Both the position numbers and the translations under genes were made by a program. Below the pieces are notes generated by a model that saw nothing but the letters and a program-made list of their open reading frames with translations, did not search any database and had not been told where the DNA came from. Below, one piece after another: positions 48,859 to 61,778 of a DNA stretch of 64,000 nucleotides. Positions within the stretch are counted from its first letter, which is position 1. The number at the start of each line of letters is the position of its first letter. Origin of the DNA: Chara braunii (taxonomy: Eukaryota > Plantae > Charophyceae); NCBI GenBank assembly GCA_003427395.1, contig BFEA01000037.1, positions 1,653,821-1,717,820 on the forward strand, in the 5' to 3' direction.

Positions 48859-49340
48859 TGTGACGGGCGTGAGGCTGAGGGTGAGCCGAGGGAGAGGAGA
48901 GAGAGAGGGAGAGAGTGAGAGCACACACACACACTCACTCACTCGACACAACTGACTCGGACCGAGGGTCGGACGCAGACACACTGGCAAGGCACAAAGT
49001 CGGAAGTCTTGGATTCCGAATGCCGAAGCAGCAAGTCACATTGAGTACGAGTACAGCAGCAGAAAACTGGTACGAGACTGGTCCCCGTACCGTACGGGGA
49101 CCCGGTATAAGTACCGGTGAGACACGTACGGTACCAGGGGCATTTCTGCAAAGGCCCCGAGGGCAGAACTGAAAATGCGGTATTTGAAAGTGGCGCCCGA
49201 ATTGCAGCATGGCGCCAGTTGTCCAAAATCCTACGGTACCAAAGGAGGGGTTTGGAGAAAGGGTGCCAGGCCGAAAACGGGATGCAGCCGAAACAGCAAA
49301 AAGATAGACCAGGGATCGAGCCCTGCCGGAGTCCGTAACA
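48859..49340 (-). repeat. Short 482-bp LTR with Met-type PBS
   Basis: Minus strand TGTTACGGAC...GCCCGTCACA (imperfect inverted termini), then 1 nt, then TGGTATCGGA (48857 downward). Confidence 0.72.
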
Positions 49341-51743
49341 CTTATGGTGATCCATTACAACACCCACAAATACACAGACAGCTATCCGTGAATATAACAA
49401 GGCTCAAACAGCAGACACTTCACGTCTGAATCCCATCCATTGGACACGGACACACAACTGCTGAATGATATCAAAGTCATGTAAGTAAGACACAATGAAG
49501 AATGCTGAGAAGCACATCCAGGATGTGCAAGGACAGATCGGGTCCTAAGCTTCTGAATAGGTTAGATTTGGATCCACCCCATCACTGGCTGCCTGCCCAA
49601 GTGCACGTGAGCCTTGGAAGATCCCTCTGTCATGAGCCAGGGCACGCTGATGCGAGTGTATGTTTTGGTAGACCTGGTGACAGCGTTTGATCTGTAGCCA
49701 TCCGTGCTATCTTATCATGGCACTACATCGTTTATGCGAATTGTGACTGCCCTGCCTCCATCTTTATAACATGTGGGAGCCATGTCGCCTGTGATATTCG
49801 TGGCATCCAAAACAGTACCTGCATCTGTGAGGAATGGATGTGATCCTTCCGTTCCGAAAAAAATTTCCACAGCTCAGCGAATCAGCCACCTTGCCTTTGT
49901 GATAATTTATTGTGAGCGTGTGTGCTGAGGGATGTCCACACTCCCCCCTTCCGTCCTCCCTCCCTTTCCCCTCTACCTTTTCTTGTGGCCTACATCTGTG
50001 GTCTGTCTATGGATGCATGTACCTGAAAGATAACACACAAAAACACACAGGTCCATGTGCACATAATGCCACATATTGCATATGGGTTTCCTGCTCAACC
50101 ATATAAACGTGGGAACGTTTCACTAGATCCCAACAAAATCAGAAATTGAAATTGCAGCAAATCAACATGATAATAATTTCTATTCATCTGAATGGACAAA
50201 TATCACTTGTGGTGAATGGTTAACAACACATAGATACAGAGGCCTCACATGCACACACAGACATGAGCCGTGAAAGTCAGTCTGGCACGATCATTCATTG
50301 TCCGTGGAGTTGTGCATAATGAACATGACAACCCAGTTTCACGCGCGCGAGCACACACACACACACACACACACACATACCGCCCCCCCCCCCCCCAAAC
50401 AAACAAACACATGCTCTGTGATTCCATCACAAACACGTGAGCACCCACACAATTGCAGACCCAGGCAATCAAATCCTAAAACCTCTGCCGTGAACATGGA
50501 CACCTCTGAGCACACATTTGACCCCAAATAACAATAAGCGAGATGCTGAATCCGAAACAAGACATTTGCAATGCAATCAAAGAACAGCTGCTGCAGTGCA
50601 ACAACACTAAGGGACTGCACACTGAGGGGGTATGTTCATCCACTGTCAAGATGTTGTTAGCTCAAACCAAAGATCCATTACGATACATACGACGATCAGC
50701 CTCCTCGATGGCATAGTGCCAGAAGCAGCTGTTCTAGCTGGCAATTGCTGCAACATAATCACAGGATCCTGTGTATTTTCTCTTGCGCCGTGCTCATGAT
50801 CTCTGCAAACACCCTCCAAATCAATCCAGCTGGAATCGGACTCACCAAGCTCACTTACGGCAACCGCCCACTGTTGTTATACACCACAACTCCATCCGCA
50901 ACCCCCCAATAATGCTGAATCCCCTCTTCAACCCCCAAACAATGCTGAACTGTATCGTTTACTGCCCCTTGGACTTGCCTTCATCGAACCTAGTCAGTGG
51001 ATTCACAGTCATGAACCTTCCATGAAACTGATCCTGGATACCCAAAAGCAGTTCTGGGGCGATCACTCCCACATGTCAGTGAGAAACTCGTCAGCATGAT
51101 GCTTGTTGCTTTCCATAACTGCCACGCTGTCGAAGTCATAACTGACAGAAACAAAGCTCCTTCGTCCAATTCTAAATCAACACTCTCAGCTTGTCCGTCA
51201 ACCTGCACTTTTCCTTGGCTATATCCCTCTGTTGCTTTGTTTATACGTCTTGGACGTGTGTGTATACTGTGAACTTCTCTGCGTGACCGTTTGGAACTTT
51301 GGTTTGACAACATGGACAAAAGCCTTGAATAGGCAGGGAAAATCGTGAAAAACATTCGCGTTCTTCTGAAGCACAATACATGCAGCTCACAGAAAAGGGC
51401 TTCTCCCTCTAAACTGAAGGCGTTGCCTCTGTCCTCGATCAGCGAGTGGTCCTTATCTTCTGTCTGGACATATGGAGCGCATCTTCTCACATTTGGATTG
51501 GCTATGCTGTGTCACACAGTTGCTGCTCAGCCAATTCTGCTTTCAATCTTCGACAGGAAGAAGCCTGAGTAAGAATGCAGTTCTTGTGACTATCTTGTGG
51601 CGCAGTTAATCAATTTCATCTCCACCCTGTATGAAGATTTCCTCAAGGAAAGGCGGCAGTTCCTTCACGCACAGTTGATTTGTTCACAACTACTTAGGCA
51701 AGGACAACGTTGCTACAAGATAGTTACCCAACCGCTGTGGTTG

Positions 51744-51781
<38 letters not shown>

Positions 51782-52899
51782 GTATGTGTGTGTGTTTTGT
51801 AGACTGTCACCAACATTGAAAGAGTGCCACATGGGATGCTAAACACCTAAAAGCTACTAATGGACAACAAAGGCCACAAATGCTGGGTCTTTGTCAAATG
51901 CAAGCTTGGTTGAGTGGGAAATGCACATACACCCATCCACAAAAGCATACTCAACACTCCTAAATGACACTGATCCAGGGTAAGTGTGACTAGTGACAAC
52001 ATAGAGAAAGAGAGTCCAAAGTTGACAGCCACGATCCCTGCCACATACGCATGCATGTGTGTGATCCCACCTACCAGTGTCTGATCCCTCAAAGAATAAA
52101 TATCAGCAGGCCCCCATTGACTGCCAGCATAACAATGTGCCAAGAATGACAGCAGTTGTCTGCCAATGCTTCATCTAGGGGTGTAGCTTTGCTGTCATCC
52201 TCTATTCCAGACTTGAGAATTAGAGCTAGACTTGTTTCCTATGTGACGCCTCCTTCACTTCCTCCCCTAACAACAAAGGACTTTGTCACTGCGCTGTCTT
52301 GGGGAAGGATCCATGGAGAGGAGATAACAGAAGAGAATCAGGCTCTCTCTCTTTTCCATCACAATCAAACAGCTTCAGCTTTCTCTAAAGAGCTTGGCAG
52401 GACGTCATCAGATAATGAAAGATAAGGGTGGCGAAGTTACCTGTGTCTGGACATCTGATACCTCCTGAGGCAAGAAGCGAAAGAAAGCCACACCATCCAC
52501 ATGTCAATTGGTTGCAAAAAACTTGCAAAACTACCTCTTCCTCTCAAAACATCAAGTACTCTCTGGGACTTGTCTCCTTCGTAAGCTAACCCAAATTGGG
52601 ATAGCGGATTCGGAACCTTGGATGGGAGGACTGACAGTCACTGACTGACCCCGTTTGCAATCCTTTTACCCATTTCCTAGTCACATTCGTTGTAGCTCAG
52701 TCATTATGGGCTGCTCTTATGTACACAGAAAGAAAGAAAAAAACTGTCATAACCGCTAAACTCTTTAAATTCTGCTCTCAAAAAAGCACCTTAGTAGTTC
52801 AGTTTACGTCTGGTAGACTATCCCCCACACGTTTCTGCTCTCCTTTCAAGCTGCAACATAGTGCACACCCACATCTGGAGTGCATCCTCCTTTTGTTTC

Positions 52900-53040
52900 T
52901 TACCGCTGTTATTACTATGCAACACATATGACACGCCAGCGAACCACATACCCACCTTCAGTGCACATATTCCGCTGTTATTACTATGCAACACGTATGA
53001 CGCGGCAGCGAACCACATACCCACCTTCAGTGCACATATT
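52900..53040. repeat. ~69-bp tandem duplication
   Basis: CCGCTGTTATTACTATGCAACAC...CCCACCTTCAGTGCACATATT occurs twice. Confidence 0.85.
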
Positions 53041-53506
53041 CTATGTTTATTCCACTGTCCTTTACTTCGCTGTTGATCTTCAATATCAACCCCCCTACTC
53101 GCTGGGTACCTAATGCACCTCTGCACAGTGCTGTAATCCGTCCTCTCATACTGCCTCGGTCTCTAACTCAAATGAAAACTCGTCAAGATGTTATTCGTTT
53201 GAGACATGATAATACATGATCGCAATACCCAGATAGCCATTAAGAATAAGCCAAACCCATCCAGAGATCACCGGGAGCTTCATGAATCTTCTATTGGCTT
53301 AATCCTTAGCAGGATAATGTGGTCCGTCAAGATACGGCTACGAGGTTCATTGTTGTATAAATAACCAGGCTGCAACCCAGGCAATTCCAAACAGCTCTCT
53401 CTGTGTGTGTGNNNNNNNNNNNNNNNNNNNNNNNNNNNNNNNNNNNNNNNNNNNNNNNNNNNNNNNNNNNNNNNNNNNNNNNNNNNNNNNNNNNNNNNNN
53501 NNNNNN

Positions 53507-53541
<35 letters not shown>

Positions 53542-53659
53542 CTATCCATCTACATCTACCTCTCTCCTCCCCACCACTCTCCCGTGCAACCTGCTTCCCC
53601 CCTCCGCCTTCCTGGTTGCCTTTTCAATGGACAGACCTATGCAACAATTGCAGCTGGTG

Positions 53660-53771
53660 TTTGAGAAAAGGATATCAGACCATGAGCCATGTCAAGGATG
53701 CCACGGAATAAAGGCATTGAGAAAAGGATATCAGACCATGAGCCATGTAAAGGATGCCACGGAATAAAGGC
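53660..53771. repeat. ~57-bp tandem duplication
   Basis: TTGAGAAAAGGATATCAGACCATGAGCCATG...GGAATAAAGGC occurs twice. Confidence 0.85.
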
Positions 53772-54549
53772 TGCTGAGTGAAGATGGTTGACAAAATAGA
53801 GCAGTGACAATGTAAACCACCTGAAAGTTTCCAACCGCCCTGAACAAGGGGGCATTCAGCCAACATACAGCTGCAAGCACACTGATTAGCGTGCAGACCA
53901 CCACGCGGCAATAGGGGTTGCCAAGACGGTGGCAGGGTGCCAGGTTGACTGCGGCCTAGACTGTGTGTATCAATAGCTACATACGGGAACCCATAACCTG
54001 TCCATCAACAGAGAGATATGAAGTGGGTAGGAATAAACATACCGTGTTGCCACACAGCTCATGAGTGCAAAGATGCAAACCTGACCATTCTGAGGGGAAT
54101 GGGAAGAAGCTGAAATTGGGCCATACCGGGAGTGGTAGGGACCCTGAGCAGTGAAAGCCTTATCAGGTTTCACATCTGAGAGCTCAGACTTCCAAAGAAG
54201 CATGTGGTGTGGAAAATGACAACCATGATGACGACAGAACAACAATTTTGACTCAGTCAGACATGCGAACTCGTACCTTGCTGGTACATGAATCCAAGGT
54301 TTGGATCGCAGCCAACCCCAGAAGAAGAGAAATCTGCACATCACTTGCCTGTTGCAGTAACCCATAACTAATGGAACAAGCCAGGGTTATGAAACGTGTA
54401 ATGAGAACAAGAGCAGAGAGAGAAGATGGAGCACCCATGTTCGCAGGGCCTGCAGTCACGTGATGACTTGGTTTGAGGCACAGCTAAATATATAGACAGA
54501 TCGATAGAGACAGACAGATAGGTAGATAGATAGATGGGAGATAATATAA

Positions 54550-54635
<86 letters not shown>

Positions 54636-54752
54636 AGTTTACACCACAACAGCCCCTATTCCACCCAGACGACTAGATTCGAGTTGAGCCAGCCCAACAA
54701 TTAAAGAATTCAACTCTTCAGCAAGCAACATGTTGTGTGTGTGTGTGTGTGC

Positions 54753-54819
<67 letters not shown>

Positions 54820-55478
54820 GTTAAAAAACCCAAATTCTCTCTCATTTCCTCCACAAATCATAACAAACCATCCATAACGAAGAAGTATAGATAGACAATA
54901 TAATAGAAAATGCAAGGTTGGCCACGTTTGTGTGGTTCAGTGCCAAGTGCCCACACACCCATCGGCCGCCGAAGCGGCACACTTGCACATATACATATAC
55001 ATATATTTATTTGATCCATAAAAGGGTGGAGGGCAAGGAGCATTTTACCTAAGACAGAGGACTCCACCAGCAAGAAAACACCGAGGTCCAAAAAACTTGG
55101 AGAGCCCTCCGTGTATGCCCACAAAAAAACCGCAAAACAGCATATAACACAAAAGGCTCCACTAACAAAAAAGCACCGACCACACATGCCAAAGGTCTTT
55201 AAAAAAAAATTGAGAGCCCTCTGCGTTGGCCTACAACACCGCCACAAATAAAAACTACACCGCGGGACCTGTACGCAACACCAAGAGTGCCATGAACCTC
55301 CCCCTGCCGCGCAACCTGCAGAATCGGATGATGTCCTTGTGCTACAGCAAGGCCAATGCGAGTAGTATGCCAATTCCCACAAGATCTCCATGCTACGCCA
55401 GGAGCGCTACTGCTTAAAACACCCTATTCTTCCATGTGCTCCGAAAGAGCAGAGTGCGTGTGTGTGTGTGTGCGCGCG

Positions 55479-55536
<58 letters not shown>

Positions 55537-55728
55537 AAGCTTCCCCCACAACAACCCCTATTCCAACCAGATGAGTAGAACCGGACTGAGTCCTCCCAAC
55601 ACTTAAAAAAAAAAATCTCTTTAACAGGCAGCACGAATCATAATAGAACCATTTTGAACCGTGTTTACCTAGGGTTTCTTTGGGGCAACAGCTCCTCTTT
55701 CACTTTGCCTCGCACATACATGTGTGTG

Positions 55729-55770
<42 letters not shown>
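54550..55770. repeat. Cluster of long (GT)n microsatellites
   Basis: Runs near 54551-54632, 54735-54817, 55458-55532 and 55721-55765. Confidence 0.9.
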
Positions 55771-55771
<1 letters not shown>

Positions 55772-56289
55772 TATGATTCTGGTTGTTTGTGGTCTGAAGA
55801 CCCACACTCACTCACATAGACTTCCAGGTATGCCCATACATACACAGAAGGAAGGGGAGAGGATAGGAGTATCACACCGCAAAGGGAGAGATAAACACAG
55901 CGGAAGACTTGACCGTGCGATATGACAGGGTACACTGAAAGTGCAATTCACTCCACTCAATCCTCACAACCAGTCATAAAGAAAAGCCGAGCAGATCACA
56001 TCCAGGAAACAATGAAACGATGATAGTCCAAACCCAGTTACACACTGTTTATTAAACTCAGAGTCTCGAATTGTCGGGATAACTCCAGTACTACAGTGCG
56101 CTGCTCAGAATGAGCAGCGCTTCACTCCCCAAACCTGATTATCACCTGTAACACCCCTGAGTCCCTGAAACATCAAGCACCACCCAAATACGGCCTCCTG
56201 AGGGAAGTGCCAACCTGAAACAGGCCTCTGAGGCCAAGCGCCACTCAGAGGATGAAGAAGAAGACCAGCACCACAGTATCTGATGATGA

Positions 56290-56530
56290 CGAAGTGTCGG
56301 AAGACTTCCCAGGTGGAAGTCTGCAGCAGCGCCACCAAACCCTGACAAGATGACCTCTGAGGAAGAAGCTGCAGCTATGGCTGCAGCACCACCACCCTGG
56401 AACCCCACTCGAAGTGTCGGAAGACTTCCCGGGTGGAAGTCTGCAGCAGCGCCACCGAACCCTGACAAGATGACCTCTGAGGAGGAAGCTGCAGCTATGG
56501 CTGCAGCGCCACCACTTTGGAACCCCACTC
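56290..56530. repeat. 120-bp tandem duplication
   Basis: CGAAGTGTCGGAAGACTTCCC...GGAACCCCACT at 56290 and 56410. Confidence 0.9.
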
Positions 56531-56911
56531 CAGAGGAGGGTCCAGCAGGGCACCAAACTCTCTCGCCTCCAGCAGACCTCGATAGCCCAGACCTCTGTCA
56601 GCCCCTGCGTGCTGGCAGAGTACAGCGCAGGTCCCAGCTATGGCCGGCGCTCCGAAGGTCTGGCTATGCCTGTCTCCTTCCACGCTGAGCCGTCACCACT
56701 TCCGGTTCACGCGTAGCGCAGCAGCGATGTACTCGGTACCAACTGCCAAAAGCCCTGAACCGATGTGCCCATTCTATCTATGGTCTAAACTAGCCTAGAC
56801 TCGACCTAAACCGGACTGACTGACCAACCGGTACCGATTCTGTTTCGGCCTCTAGGGCCTCTCCCAACCCGGCTATAGGCTATAGGACCGTCTATCAGCT
56901 TAGGCCTGTAG

Positions 56912-57337
56912 GGCCTGGCTGTCCTAGGGGTAGCCCGGGTCTGCTATTCGCAGTTAGGGTAGCTGTAGGAAATTCAGTCAGTATGGGCCTGTATTTTCCC
57001 GAATTTGCAGATATGTCCCTCTCAAATTTTCCGTACAGATAGGTCTCTCGGTTAGCCCTCAGCCAAAGAAAATTACGAATCTAACCTAAGACGCGACCCG
57101 ACCGAGGCAAGCCCCGAGCTTCGGCCTGGCTGTCCTAGGGGTAGCCCGGGTCTGCTATTCGCAGTTAGGGTAGCTGTAGGAAATTCAGTTAGTATGGGCC
57201 TGTATTTTCCCGAATTTGCAGATATGTCCCACTCAAATTTTCCGTACAGATAGGTCTCTCGGTTAGCCCTCAGCCAAACAAAATTACGAATCTAACCTAA
57301 GACGCGACCCGACCGAGGCAAGCCCCGAGCTTCGGCC
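56912..57337. repeat. 211-bp near-perfect tandem duplication
   Basis: GGCCTGGCTGTCCTAGGGG...CCCCGAGCTTC at 56912 and 57123, with about 3 differences. Confidence 0.92.
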
Positions 57338-57392
57338 CAGTGTACAGTTCACTGAGAATCTGCAGGTTTCATTACATATGTGTGCGTGTGTA

Positions 57393-57467
<75 letters not shown>

Positions 57468-57481
57468 CACACACACACACG

Positions 57482-57515
<34 letters not shown>

Positions 57516-57516
57516 N

Positions 57517-57764
57517 GTGGTCTGTTTGTTGGTGAGCTATGCGAGCAAGTCCCCCTGTCGGTTGAGATTTTGAGGTCTGTAACCATACCTGCAGCACAGA
57601 GCAATTATTGCCAATTGTGTTTGCCAGCGACTCTCCTTCAGTTGAGATTTTGAGATCAACCCTTGCGAAGATGTATTCGAAGATTTTGTTGCACAAATGC
57701 TGCAGTAAGTCCATGGACTGTTTCAAGGCTGTCTCTTATACACATCTAGATGTGTATAAGAGAC

Positions 57765-57766
<2 letters not shown>
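57517..57766. other. Misplaced mate-pair read plus junction adapter (artefact)
   Basis: 57517-57728 duplicates 63609-63820, starts at a single N and ends at the full adapter 57729-57766. Confidence 0.95.
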
Positions 57767-57805
<39 letters not shown>

Positions 57806-60800
57806 CAGTATAGCTCGGTACAGTACAGCATAGTTGGTTACAATAAGCTGAACAGATTGATCACAGCCATGCACTGTTCGTGAACAGTTTACTGTACAGA
57901 ACAGAACAGGATACTCAGCTCAACGAGAGGAGGCTGTAGACAAAACGAAATCATATTACAGTTCGGTACAGTAGACGACGTACTGTTCACTAGATTAGAC
58001 TAACGGTTCAGTACAGTAGACGACGTACTGTTCACTAGAGTAGGCTAACGGTTCAGTACAGTAGACTGCTGTACAATGTGGCTGAGTACTACAACCCGGC
58101 AGTGGACTGCAGTACAGTGAGGTGCATCACATCCAGTAACGTATAACAGTGTCGCAGAACTGGGCGGTACGACACTCGCTGGGTTAAGTGTCCAGCTCTT
58201 GGTCTTCAACCAGGGTTTGAGTCGTCCAGTCTCGAGTTAGACTGTACCCTGCGGATAACAAAGTGCAGAGCATGAAACACCATGAATCTACCAAAAACAC
58301 TACACTTACCAGTGGACTTACCCACATGTTGATTTAGCTGAAACCTTCAAACCACCTAATATCCACTCATGCAGCCCACCAAACGCCATGAGCCAGCCAG
58401 TCGACTGTCCATCTCAGTGGGCCACATCACCAGCATAAACAGCATGCCATGCGGGTAATGCTGAGGCAAGGATTGAGTTGTGACCTCACCCGCATCGGCA
58501 TGCAGGTGTATTTTCCCAAGCAACACTGCAGACTTTTGTTACCTACTTGCGGGACTCCCTTTCCAGTATCTAATCAATACACTGTGATGCCGCTATTCGA
58601 GTGTGTAAATCCTCACCAACAAACGGAGCCAAAATGACTAACATACTCCAAGGAGGACTCTCTCCTCAAAAGCCCATAGCACCAACGCAACTGCTCAGCC
58701 ATGAGTCTCACTGTCAGCGCTGTCGCTGAGCCAACAATGAAGTGATCCAACAGTGCAGAACGAGTCCATACTGTGGAACCAACTCCATGCTGACAGGTCT
58801 CTAGATGATAGCATCTATCAGTCTAGACATTGATGTCATGGCGGTTGCGAGTTCTAAGGACAGGAAGACGAGAAACAATCACATCCGGAAGTAGCGGAAG
58901 CTGCAGCATTGTCAGCAACCACAAAGAAGAAGCAGATGAAGCGATGGCAGCACAGGCAGAAGCTGCAAAACTCCAGCGAGAGTGGGAAAGCAGAGAGGCA
59001 GGGTGGGAGGCATGAGTAGTGGCAGGACACAAGGAGGCCTCTAAAACTCGGCTCTACTTGCACCGGCTGCTGTTGCCCCAGTTCAAAAGCCTCAGCATTT
59101 CCCCTGCAACCTATCTGCTCATGCTGCTTCACTTAAATCCTCTTGCTTTGTGTTGATCTCTGACCCTGTTGATTTGCAATGGCACATCACACTGTGCGGT
59201 GCTGTGCTTTCCTATAAGACATCCTGCACCCTGCTACAGGTAAAGCATGAAGCACCAAACAGTTTGAGAATGTGAAAAGCAAGGCTGACTTCGGTGAGCA
59301 TTTGATGGCACAGTCTGCGAATGACAAATAACCTGCAACGAGTATCCTTTCCTCATTCAGTGATTATGGAACAAGTTCGGGATTGGGACAAAAGTCACAA
59401 AACTTAAAACGAGAGGGCTATCCTATCCTCATCATGCGAACATGAAACGTGCAGATGACAAGGATAAGTAGGAGATCAGGAATAAACAAAAAAAGCACAA
59501 GCTTGAACAGCTTAAGCGAAGCGCAGTCTGTTATTTCTAATCTATGGCCAAGCGATCTGAATCACACGAGGACGTGGTATAATTGAGTAGAGGGAGAAAC
59601 TGGATAAGGGCAAGCCGCTAGCAATAGCAATACTGTGAACCCTAAGCATGTTTACAACGTCAGCGCAATAACGATGATGATGAAGACTGAGTGAGAATAG
59701 CGATTCAAAAAAGAGTGGCAGGAAGAGGAAGGGGAACGAGGAGAAGGTAGGGGTAGCATTCCAGTCACTGCAACCTACTTTTGGCTCCCAATTATTAACT
59801 TCAGTGGAATAGCCCCATGGCAAGAAAGGGGAACTCTAGTAATGGACAACTAGTGAACATCAGTGAATTACACTGATAGAAATGACGAAGTTGGCCATAC
59901 CATTCAATCCTCTTTGCAATGCATGACAACCTGTCAAAAATAGCTCCAAAAGATCGTAAAATGCCAGAAGGCATAGGAGGGGTAGGGTGATCAGTAGGAT
60001 GGAGAAGGCAACGACATCCCCCACAAGACTCATAAAAAGCTGAGCTCTGGAGTAGAGTAGGAGGTGTCAGTAAGTGGAAGGATTTCAGGGTTGTATGCAT
60101 AGTTAGCAACTGGTGATCTGCTGTGGAGTTGATTAGCCGTTCTAACCATGTCACAGTCTAGCAGGACTTCCTCATCAAGTTTGAAATCGCCTAACTGTTC
60201 TTTTACTGCCAAAAAAAACCGTCTTCTGTGTAACCTTTAAATTCCTTAACAGCCACTACTGACAAACCTCTTCTCCATCGTCTTGGTCGGCAGAGATGAG
60301 CAACTTCACAGACGTTGACAAAGCTGTGAAGAAGTCAACTCAACGGTCATAACTACCATATTGATGTGAGTAACATTTGGCGTACAGAGTTGCCGCTGAC
60401 TGGCGAATGTAATCATGTGATGTGTGCCGTAATGCTAGTCTCCGATTACCTCTGCCCCTCCATGCTAGGTTAAGAATGACTGAAACCAAAACTGATTAGT
60501 AAATGCCAAATGGTGGTATTGCAAGACCTTCACTGTGGCAACAACAAGTGAGAGGCATGGGCAGATGCATCGGCCAGAAATATGAAAAAAAGGAGATGGC
60601 ACTCACCAGCTGACTACATTGACTCCTAATTGGTTAACAGAACTCAAGATGGAAAGCCTTCCACGGTTCCACCTGAATTCAAATATCATCATACTCGTAA
60701 AACTTTAAAAGTGATAGTTGGTAGGGTGGGCGAGTATGGAGTTCATCAACAAATAGCATAGACTGTAGCAAAGCCTGTTGCCTATGATCACAAACACAAA

Positions 60801-61064
60801 ACATTCATACTAGTGAAAACTGTGATGGAAACAGCAACAGCTCCAAGTCGACAAGAAACGGCAATGACAAAGTTTTGCCAGCACGTGGTGATCGAGGTCA
60901 GAACTGGTCTTCTGTGTTATCCTAGGTTTAAAAGCTGAAAAGGCCTGTTCAATGGGAAGGGTTCATTCGCATGGAACGCCCTGTGCTCATGTGTGTGCTA
61001 TCTAGCCTGTGCTCATGTGTGTGCTCTCTAGCCTGCAACCATCCAACCCTCATCAATCTCGTCA

Positions 61065-61235
61065 CCTCTCTCTCTCTCTCTCTCTCTGTCTGTGCCTGTC
61101 TGTCTATCTGTCCGTGCATCCGCCCGTTGATCTGTGTGTCTGTCTGTTTGGGTGTCTTTCTGTCTGTATCTGTCTGTCTGTTTGTCTGCCTGTCTGTCAA
61201 TCTGTTGGTCTGTCTATCTGTCCGTCGATCTGTCG

Positions 61236-61266
<31 letters not shown>

Positions 61267-61300
61267 GGTGTTTGTTGATCTGTCTGCCTGTTGGTCTAAT
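61065..61300. repeat. (CT)n / (CTGT)n low-complexity tract
   Basis: Read directly. Confidence 0.85.
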
Positions 61301-61740
61301 TTGGATAGCTCTGAACAGCGAAAAACAGAAAAGAGGTTTTGCCTGACTGGCAACTCTGCAAGGATGAAGTGAAAATCTCTACTAGACTTCTCAGACTATG
61401 CAGGGGTCTGACAAAAACGAGGACCCCGAATTCAGTGAACTATGATCCCGTGTAAGCCTACCCACCCGTATGTCCGCCATGTTGCACAGGACAGTCAATG
61501 ATCACAAAAAGCCAGAAGCTCCACGTTGATCATCAGTGGACTGAAATTTAAGTTGAAAGTAAAACATTGACCCACAGAGGCCCTGCAGAAAAAATAAGAG
61601 CAAGCTGCAAGGTATCCCTTCANNNNNNNNNNNNNNNNNCCATGATCTGTGTGTGTATGTGCGGAAGCAGGGAGCGCTGCAAGACTACCATGATCTGTGT
61701 GTGTGTGCAAAAAATAGGGACCGCCGCAATACTACCATGA

Positions 61741-61778
<38 letters not shown>

